A stretch of DNA of 64,000 bases, from NCBI GenBank assembly GCA_002104945.1, contig MCFH01000045.1:372001-436000 (forward strand), read 5' to 3'. The notes under the pieces were generated by a model. It was not told where the DNA came from, did no database searches, and saw only the letters and a program-made list of their open reading frames with translations. Positions 42,411 through 64,000 of the stretch are shown piece by piece. The translations under genes were made by a program, and so were the position numbers. Every line of letters begins with the position of its first letter. Within the stretch, counting starts at the first letter, position 1. Source of the stretch: Piromyces finnis finn (Eukaryota; Fungi; Neocallimastigomycota).

Positions 42411-43638
42411 ATACATTTCAGATTAACATTCATTTATTTATTTTTTAATATTTTAAGTAATCATTTAAAATACCATATATACAAGATATTTTAATGAAAC
42501 AATAATCACAAATAAAAAAAAAATAATAAGAAAGTAGAAAGAAAATTTCAAAAGCAATATAATATAAAATATTTATAATTAAAAATAGTAATTATATAAT
42601 AATAATTAATAATAATTAATAATGATAATAATAATATTAAAAAAAATATTGTATAAAATAATTCCAAATCCAAGTCATAAAATCAAATATACAAACAAAC
42701 ACATATATATATAAAACCTAAAGAAAAAAAAAAACTTTTTTTTTTAATACTAATATTTAAAGCAAATAAAATTTAAAATAATTAAAAAAAAAAAAAAAAA
42801 GAAGTTTACTTTATTTGTGTATTTCGAGCTGTTATATATTATTAAAATTAAATAATATTTATAAATAAAAAAAATTTATTTGCATTGATATATTTAAAAA
42901 ATTTTGAATTTTGCACAATCTTTATATTTTTTTTAAAATTTTTGGAGAATAATATATTTGAGTTGATTAAAGTATGTTTTTTAATGTTTTCCTTATTGCC
43001 AAAAATTCACAATAGAAATGATAAGATTTAATTATTTATGCTTTTAGAGTTACATTATCAAATGTATCTTATATTTTCATATGAAAAAAAAAAAAAAAAT
43101 AATAATAATAAATAGGCAGATTCAATATTATTTGGGGAAATATTAAAATATGAATTAAGATAAATATAGAAGTATCATGAAACTGAATAAAAATCATTAT
43201 GATGAATCAACAATATTAAAGCTCTCATATATAATCATTAAAATACTAAATAAATTATAAAAGATATAATTTTTTTTTAAATATTTATTGAATAATTTAT
43301 TAAATAAAAATTATTAATTTCATTTAATTGTATAAATACATATAAAAAACTTTATGAAAGAATAAAAAAAATTAGAAATACATTATTATTTTTATTTAAT
43401 GTTTAAAATTTTATTTTTTATTTTTAAATAATTTATTAAAAAATTATAAACTTTATAATTATCTTCTATTAAAATAACTATTTTTTTTTTTTTTTTTTTT
43501 TAAAAAATTCTATGAATATACAAAAAAAGAGAAATACTTATAATAAATTTATGCGTTTACTTTTTTTTTTTTTTTTTTTTCTATTGATTTAATACATTAT
43601 AATATAATAATATTGTTATTTATCTTTGATTTTTTTTT

Positions 43639-44212
43639 TTAATCTTGATCTTCCATATTGGTACTATAATTATTTTCTGAATCATCAACGGTTAGATTAC
43701 ATTCAGAATCATTTTCAGTCTCACTTCCTGTTTTACTATTGAAATCTTCTTGTATACTTTCATCTCGTTCACTTTGAATATCTTCTTTTTCATAAGGAGT
43801 CTTTTCAATATTACTCATACCAGTATCCAATCCCATACCAATTCCTACAAATGCTCCACTTCCAAATGCTAAACCACTAATACCTCCTCTCTTTTTAACG
43901 GATGTAGATTCCTTATTCTTTTTCTTAAGATTTCCCTTCTTCTTTAATCTTGCATTTTCATTTCTTAATTGTTGTTGCCACATTTTATAATATTCACCAG
44001 ATAAATTCAAAAGTTCTTGATGACTACCTCTTTCTACGATCTTACCATCTTTAACTACAAGAATCAAATCTGCTCCAATAATTGTACTTAATCTATGTGC
44101 AATAACAAGTACAGTTCTATCTCTAGTCATTTCTGATATTGCTTGTTGAATATGTCTTTCTGTTCTTGTATCTAAAGCTGATGTTGCTTCATCTAATAAA
44201 ATAATAGATGAA

Positions 44213-44243
<31 letters not shown>

Positions 44244-47200
44244 GTTTTATATAAATTAAATTAAAAATAGTTTTTATTTTAAATACACAATAATACAAAA
44301 TCAAAAAAAAAAAAAAATAATGAAATTAAAATTATTTATTATTATACCTTTAAAAATGTTCTTGCTATAGCAATACGTTGTTTTTCACCACCACTAAGAC
44401 GTAGACCACGTTCACCGACCTTTGTATCGTAACCTATATTAAAAATTAAAAAATTATAATATATAAATTTAACAATAATTAAACTTTACAAGCAAATTAA
44501 TTTGTAAAAAATGATTACCATCAGGCATAGCCATGATTTTATCATGGACTTGGGCCAATTTTGCAGCTTCTTCTACTTCTTCATCTGTAGCATCACATCT
44601 ACCATAACGAATATTATATCTAATTGTATCATTAAATAACATCGTATCCTAAATAATAATAATATTAATATTTAATATTTATATAATATTTAATTTAATT
44701 TAATGGTATAGTTTTTTATATATTTATTAAGTATTCATAATAAATTATTAAATAAATTTAAAAACTTTATGCTTTACTTGAGAAACAACACCAATATTGC
44801 TTCTTAGTGATTTTTGAGTAACATTTCTGATATCTTGACCATTGATTAAAATGCTTCCACCATCAACATCATAGAATCTAAATAATAATCTTAATATTGT
44901 TGATTTTCCAGATCCTGAAGGACCAACTAATGCAACTGTAGAACCTGGTTTGATAGTAAATGTAATATCTTTTAACGCTGGTAATCTAGGATCGTATGAA
45001 AAGAATACATTTTCTATAAAAATATTTTTGTTATTAAAATAAATTATATTTTGTGCAAAAAGGTTACTATTCATTTTTTTAACTTACTAAATTCCACTTC
45101 AGCTTCCTTATTCTTTTCTAATACAATAGCATCAGGCTTATCTTGAACTTCAACTGGTTCTTGGAATAGATCGATCATTTTTTCCATATCAACAAAATTC
45201 TTTTGTATAGCTCTGTAATAATTACCAAACCAATTCAATGGACCATATAATTGAGTAATGTAACTTAAATATAATACAAAATCACCCACTGTCATTCCCT
45301 CTAATCTCATAATTCTAAGAGCACAAATAAAACATCCTACTAAAAGACCTGTTTGAATGATTACATTTTGAATTAAGTTCAATAATGTTGAAGTTATATT
45401 ACTTTTAAGGGCGGCTTTTTGGTATTCATCAATAGCATCGCAATATTGATCTGCTTCAAAGTCTTCAGCATTATAATACTTAACAGTTTCAAAATTAAGT
45501 AATGAATCAACTGCTTTAGCTTCCATAGCATTATCAAGTAAATTTGTCCATCTTCTATATTTATTACGCCATTCAGTAATAATAATTGTTGTAATGATAA
45601 ATAATGCCATAGTCATAAACACAATTATACCAAATGTAGCATCAAACATTAATGTAAAGTATGCACAAGCAACAGTAATATCCACTAATGTTGGTAAAAT
45701 ATTAAATAAAATTGATGATAATAATGTAATAATACTGGAAACACCACGATCTTTTCATTATTTATTGAATATTTATTTAAATAATTATTATATTATTTTT
45801 TTTTTTCAATTTTAATGTTAGTATATATTATAGGATATATTTATAATTTTGTAATATTATTATTATTCAAAGAAATATTATTTTTATTTATTATTAATAT
45901 TTTATACGTTAATATTAAAAAATAATAGTTTAAAGGATCAAATATAATAAAATCATTAATATAATATAAATAAAATATATACATGTATTTTTTTATACTG
46001 AAAGAATAAACATACCTTGAACTCTTAAAATTTCTCCAGTTTTTCTATGAAGATGGAAACGTAACGATAAACTGTGTAAATGCTTAAACATACTAATTGA
46101 AATTTCTCTTGTAGTATATTGACCAACAGGTATCCACATAAAATTTTGAAGACTGTTTAATAAACCAACACCACTTTGTAAAAATTTTAAGAATACAAAC
46201 AAAAATATGTCCTTGTATGGAACAGAAGCCGGTGTGTCATCTCCAGCTTCTTTTCCGAAATAAACCCCAAGACCTCCTTTTGATAGATTACCAAACGAAT
46301 TAATAATACGTTTATATTGAATTGGAACGAATACATTAACAACACGACCAATAATTAGAATAATAACACATAATATAATTAATATTTGTAAACTCAAATT
46401 TTCACGTCCACATGGCCAAATGAATGGAATTAATTTTTTAAATTTTTGATAGAATTCACCTACAGTATTTGGTAATTTATATTTTTCATTTGTAGTAACT
46501 GATATATCTGGAATTGGGGTATTGGACCAGAATTTTAAAGTTCTCCATGATGGACGATTACGATCTCTATAATTTTCGTCACGATGTCCTGGTTTACGAG
46601 ATTGATAATAATTTGTTGGATTAATAGGAATTTGAGTATACCAATAGTTCTTAGTTCTCCAAATATGGATAAAGAATCCAATGCATATTAATAAAACAAT
46701 ATGAAATATAAATCTTAAATAATAACTTGCTGAAAATCCAGGTGCATTCATGAATAATCTTGATTCATTACTTAACTCATCTTTGTGAGAATTATAAATC
46801 TTTCTTGTGTACCCTTCAAAAACCATTAAAATAAATGACCAAATCCAAAATCCATGGATTGTCATTTGAAATTTAAATTTCCAATCTTTAATGAAGTAGA
46901 ATGGTATTGAAAGACACCATGCAATAATTGGAATTGTAAAAACAAAAATAAAGTTTAAAGGAAGTTTTATATCTATTCCAGAAGAAGACTCATTTTTAAG
47001 AAATATATTTGATAAAATTCCAAAAAGATCAAAAATATGTAATGAAATAATAAATGTTACTGCTATTTTTGATATAGAAATTGTTCTATCAAAATTTTCA
47101 TTAAGTGGACGATAGTAACTATGATTTTCTTCATCTTCGTCTTCATCTTCACTTTCACTTTGTTCTTCAACGTCATTTAAATCTAAGATAGTATACAAAT

Positions 47201-47621
47201 AAATATAAATATATGAATATTATGTAATAATTAATTTATTTTTAATGAAGTACAATATTTTTATAATTTATATAGTTATTAGAAAAATAATATTTGACAA
47301 ATTTTATTAGAAGCATAAAATATATTTTTTTTTTCTTTTTTTTTTATTTTTATGAATTACATATATATATATTATATATATTATAAAATATTGAAATAAA
47401 AATAAAATAATTAAATTATAATTACTTCTATATTGTCTTCGGATTTTCGTTTTTCTTATTTTATTGAACCACACAATTATTGCAAATATTAAAAGGTATG
47501 AATCAAGAGCTATTGGAAGAATGATATGTAAATAACAAGGTGATATGAAACCAAAACTTAAAAATTTCGGATCTCTACAGAACGGTAGTAGAGTATCTTT
47601 ACCGTTTGTATCTGAATTCAT
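43639..47621 (-). CDS. HMT1: ABCB6/HMT1-type half ABC transporter (heavy-metal tolerance), multi-exon
   Basis: N-terminal extra TM region, [37 protein letters not shown], Walker [27 protein letters not shown] and Walker [12 protein letters not shown]. Confidence 0.88.
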
Positions 47622-49363
47622 TTTTTTATATTATTTTATTTTACTTGCTATTATATTTTACTTTAAATTTGGAAAAAATTATTAGAGATATAATAAATTC
47701 TTTCTTATATATAAATCTCGAGAATTTTTGAAAATTTTATGTATTTCTTTTATTATTAACGACAAGCTTATAATATATAAATAGGTATTATAATTAAATA
47801 TTAAATATAAATAAATAATACTGTACTACTTCTTTCTTTTGAATTATTGATTAGTAATTCAATTTCATTAAAGTATAATTCTAAATTTCAAAATTTTCAC
47901 TATTCCAATTTTATTAAAAGTATCATTAAAAATACTGTAATTCTAATATTAGTGTTTCTTAAGAAAGTACGAGCTGATAAAACTACTTTACAATTTAAAT
48001 TTAAATTATACTGAAAATAATTTAAACTTTTTATTTCTTTAAAATGTTTTGCTTCTTAATTATTAATTATTAAAAAGCATGACAATAGAAAATATAATAT
48101 TGAATTTAATTATATGCTTATTGATAGTTGACAATAAATTTTACATTAAAAAAGGGTTCATATTGAATTATGAAAGTTGTTCATTCTTACATATTTAATA
48201 AAATAATTAAAGTTAATAATAAGTGAGAAATAAAAAAATATTTATTTAATAAACTTCATTATATGCTAGATGTTAGACTTACTTTTCTTTTCTTCTTTAT
48301 AATATATAAAAATATATTAATTTTATTTTCTCTATTTTATTATTATATATTAATAATAATAAGAAGAAAAAAAACTTATAAAACAGTTTCTATATAATAG
48401 TTTTTTTTTAAGTATTACTAAAATTATCTGTTAATGATAATTGTTTTTTCTTTCTTTTTTATTTATTTAAATATATTCTATACACATATATAATTTTATA
48501 TTAATATAATATATTTTTCATTACAAAAATTTAATTCAATTATCAATTATGACTTAATTATATTAGTTTAAGTTGTATAAGTTATCATATTGCTGTAAGC
48601 AACTTTTTAAGTCAATATTCAAACCATACTTTTCTTTATTCTATAAATTAAAAAACTTTAAATTGAATTCATATTGAAAAATTACTAAAAATAATTTGGA
48701 AAATTTAATAAATTATGAATTTATTATAATATTTATTAATTTAAATTGTATCATCGCATATTATTTAATTTCAATATATATGAGACTACATTAATTCTAT
48801 TAAAGTTTAAAAAAATTTTAATTTTATACCATAAAAGGTAATTGTAACTATTAATATTTTTTTAAAAAAAAATAGCTACAAATATAAAAATATAAAACTA
48901 AAACTTGCTTTTTTATACAATTGATATAAAATATTTGATTAATATTCTTCTTGTTATTTGATATCATTGGAATTATCTATAAAATAATATAAATGTAAAT
49001 GAATATTAATTATATGGTTATTATTAGAATAGTAAATTTATTTTAATGTTTTAAATAAATACATTTTATAATTAATTCCTTGTAATTTTTAAATTTAAAG
49101 AATTATAATTGCCTTTTAACTTAAAGGAAAAATATTCTTTATGTTTTATTTTAAACAAGTTTTATAATATACTATAATTTTACCTAAATTCCTTACATTA
49201 TTAAAAATGTGAATTAAAACAAATAAAATAAAAAATTTTATTAATATATTCCCATATATTTCAATTTTTATGATTTTTATATGATTTTTATATTATTATA
49301 AATTTTTAAATTTAACAATTTATATCACATTTTACTACTATTATTTTATATTACATATCATTT

Positions 49364-49365
<2 letters not shown>

Positions 49366-49423
<58 letters not shown>

Positions 49424-49954
49424 TTCCGAGTGCATTTCTCCCATCGATCAGAATTAGCTCCAATGGTGGTTCTTAGAGAAACGTTGGCTCATTCCTATTG
49501 CTAGGTGGTTGTGACCCTCCTGGTCTGTCATACTGTTTCTTCAGCTTCGACGCTCACTTAATCCATGTACATTAGATGCATGTCGTTGTACGATATTTCA
49601 CAACTACAATGCTAAGCCTCTTATAGTCAATTTGATCACGTGTCAACCGCCCCCTAATGTTTACACTTAAATTGATTAAGGAATATTATGTGTTTTTGGC
49701 ATAGCCTAAGTCACCACTTATTAAGTTCTAATTTGGAATGTACCATGTACACTAGACCCTCTCAGGCCGGCTAGACGAGTGTTATTATCATAGTAGTAAA
49801 TTAGAAAGTTCATTTATACTTACCTGAATATCATAACCCAACCCATGGCAAACCCAGTGGGAAAATCCACAGGCACTGACATCTGCGGGGTCGAACCAGA
49901 AGCCTTATGTATGCTAAGGAAACGCCTTAACAACCAGGATAAAAACTGGAACGA
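49366..49954 (-). mobile_element. tRNA-derived SINE (about 590 bp) with a 55-nt poly(A) tail and 13-bp TSD
   Basis: TSD ACATATCATTTTA at 49353-49365 and 49955-49967. T55 at 49366-49420. The body is a GC-richer island with a tRNA-like head at the high-coordinate end and a LINE-like motif near the tail. Confidence 0.88.
49877..49954 (-). other. tRNA-Ala(AGC)-like SINE head (not a functional tRNA)
   Basis: Minus strand reads ...CTGGTTGTTAAGGCG-TTTCC-TTAGCAT-ACATAAGG-CTTCTGG-TTCGACC-CCGCA-GATGTCA. This includes a B box (GGTTCGACCC) and the TTAGCAT anticodon loop typical of eukaryotic tRNA-Ala(AGC). The stems are imperfect and the 5' acceptor strand is missing. Confidence 0.65.
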
Positions 49955-50364
49955 ACATATCATTTTAAATATTTTTATTAAATAATGTAGAATGCTTTAA
50001 TAAAAAATAAAAAAGTATATTTAATAGTATTTTTTAAATAATTATTTTATAATAAAGTGATAATTGGTTATTTTCTTTATTGATAAAAGTATAAACCACA
50101 TATTTCAAATAACCAATGAATTATCTTTAAAATTTCAAAAAAGAAAATATTTATTAAATGCCCAGAAATTATTTTTCTGGTTAAAAATTAAAATTTAATA
50201 TATGAGGAAAAATAACTTTTATAATAATTAAAAAAATAATAAATTAATTAGTATTTTTTTTCTTTATATAATAGGTTGATAATTTATTATTAATTAAAAT
50301 TTATATATAAAAAACAGTTTTAAAAATAATATATTTATATTTACTATTATTTATTATTATTACT

Positions 50365-56577
<6,213 letters not shown>

Positions 56578-57541
56578 TTTATATATATAAATTGTCAGAA
56601 ATTATTATTATCTAGAATTGTATCAATTAATGAATTTTTTTTTTTTTTTTTTATGTATTATACATTATATAATATATAAAAAATATCTTCTTTTATATTT
56701 TTTTTCTATTTTTTATATCTATTAAAAAAATAAAAAAGAATAATAATATATATTATATTAAATAAATAAAAACACAAATACAATATAATATATTTATTTT
56801 AATTATTTTACTATTTATTTTACTATTTATAACAAATATAATAGATTTTACATAAAAAATACTCCAAAAAAAATTTTTTTAAAAAAATAAATTTAATTAT
56901 ATTATATAATAAATTTAAATTATAAAGAAAAGATCATTATTAAAATAATTAAATATTATATATATTTTTAAATAAATCCTCATTATATATTTATTATATA
57001 TATATACTTTTTTTAAATAATTTTTTTATTATGTTTTCAATAAATATATATATCATTGTATTATTGTATATATTTATTTAAGCATTAATGTTAATATTAT
57101 AATAATTTTTTTTTATCAATTATTGGCATTGGTTTACTATATAAAAAATTAATAATACTGTTTAAAAAAAAAATAAAAAAAAAAACATAGTAAATTGCTA
57201 TTATTAATATTATTACTGTATTGTTATTGTAATGTTATTATTACTATATGATTTATAATATACTTTTTATTATTGTTATTATTATTATTACTATTATTAT
57301 TTAATTTTATTTTCTTTGTTATATTCGTATTAATTCATTTAATTGTAATTACTATAATCTATATATTATTTTATTTCTTATATATATATATATAACAATA
57401 TAATTATTTAACAAAAAAAACTAAAAATTAAATAATATTTATATTAATATTTTTAAAAAATATGTTTTTAATAAGAATGAAATATCATCAAATGGTATAG
57501 AAAAAAGTATAATATTTAAATCAATTAATTTATTCTTATGT

Positions 57542-62915
<5,374 letters not shown>

Positions 62916-63121
62916 ATTATTTACAAAACTTTTTTATATATAATTATATTTATTCTTTTTTTAATTAAATATAATATAAGAAATCATAAAAATATTTAAT
63001 AATGTATCTATTTTTTTTAAAATAATAATAATAATAATAAATAAATAAATAAATTATAAATTATAATTATTTATAATTAATTTGATATAACTTACATTTT
63101 ACAACTTTCTAATGTTTATTG

Positions 63122-63155
<34 letters not shown>

Positions 63156-63799
63156 TCTTTTCTTCTTACTCTTCTTCTATTACTCAATAGATACTGTATG
63201 AATATATTTATATTAATGTTAATAACTTCAAAAAATTGTATGCTATATAAATTGATGTAATAATGTTTTATGATTTTAAAAAAATATTAAATGCTATATT
63301 TGTAATAATTATAAAAATAAATAAGTTTTCTTTTCTAAATTTTAATTTATTATTACTATTATTACTATTTAAAAAATATATATTAATATACATTTTTATT
63401 GTTATTATTTATTATTTATTATTATCATTATTATTATTATTATTATTATCCATTGGGATATAATATATTTGTTTTAAAATTATTTTACCTTTTAATCACT
63501 CTTATTTTAAATTTATTTCTTAATAAATAAATAATACCATTTTTATATATATATATATATATAAAGAAAAGAAAAAAAAGTTTTATATTTTTATTTTTAT
63601 TATTGATATATCTAAATTATTTTTATGACCAGAATTCTTCTGTTCTTTTGTCTTTATTCTATATATATATATTATTTTTTTTTTCTTTTCTAAATGAAAT
63701 AAAAGGTTATATTTATTTATTTATTTATTTATTTTATTGAATGAATTTCTGGTACTTTCTTTTATTTTTATTAATACTTTAGTAGTGTTTTTTTTGTTT

Positions 63800-63804
63800 T
63801 TTCT

Positions 63805-63840
<36 letters not shown>

Positions 63841-63898
63841 ATTGTTGTTGTTGTTGTTGTTGTTTTGTTTGTTTATTTTACTTTGTTTTCTGTTTTAT

Positions 63899-63959
<61 letters not shown>

Positions 63960-64000
63960 TGTTTTTCTCTTTTGTTTTTTATTTTTTGTTTTTGTTTTTG
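63800..64000. repeat. Low-complexity cluster: poly(T), (GTT)n, (TTA)n
   Basis: Direct reading. Confidence 0.85.

Noticed and set aside
49816-49870. U1 snRNA gene (begins ATACTTACCTG)
   Set aside because: Only the first 11 nt match. The downstream U1 stem-loops and Sm site are absent, and it lies inside the SINE, better read as a minus-strand splice donor.
49877-49954. Functional tRNA gene
   Set aside because: Anticodon and T stems are mismatched, the 5' acceptor strand is missing (the apparent partner is TSD sequence), and there is an internal T5.

Overview
Extremely AT-rich, intron-rich eukaryotic DNA. It is most consistent with an anaerobic gut fungus (Neocallimastigomycota), based on a hydrogenosomal-type pyruvate formate-lyase with an N-terminal presequence, AT-biased codons and short GT-AG introns. 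Host genes in order: ABCA transporter (partial), a probably catalytically dead arginyl-tRNA-synthetase paralog (DALRD3-like), SNF4/AMPK-gamma, PFL, a secreted acidic 37-aa tandem-repeat protein, CCT3, an HMT1/ABCB6-type half transporter, a large WD40/coiled-coil protein and a YAK1/DYRK kinase. The 11.5-22 kb region is a nest of APE-type non-LTR retrotransposons. A full-length 5.66 kb copy with a poly(A) tail lies inside the 5' UTR of a sister copy, flanked by a 40-bp direct duplication. The 5' ends are stacks of hairpin-rich monomers that share one 5' boundary, which points to repeated self-insertion. At 49.4-50 kb is a tRNA-Ala-derived SINE with a 13-bp TSD whose tail shares a 37/41-nt motif with the LINE 3' end. 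All calls are by eye from the sequence and recalled family motifs; no database search was run.
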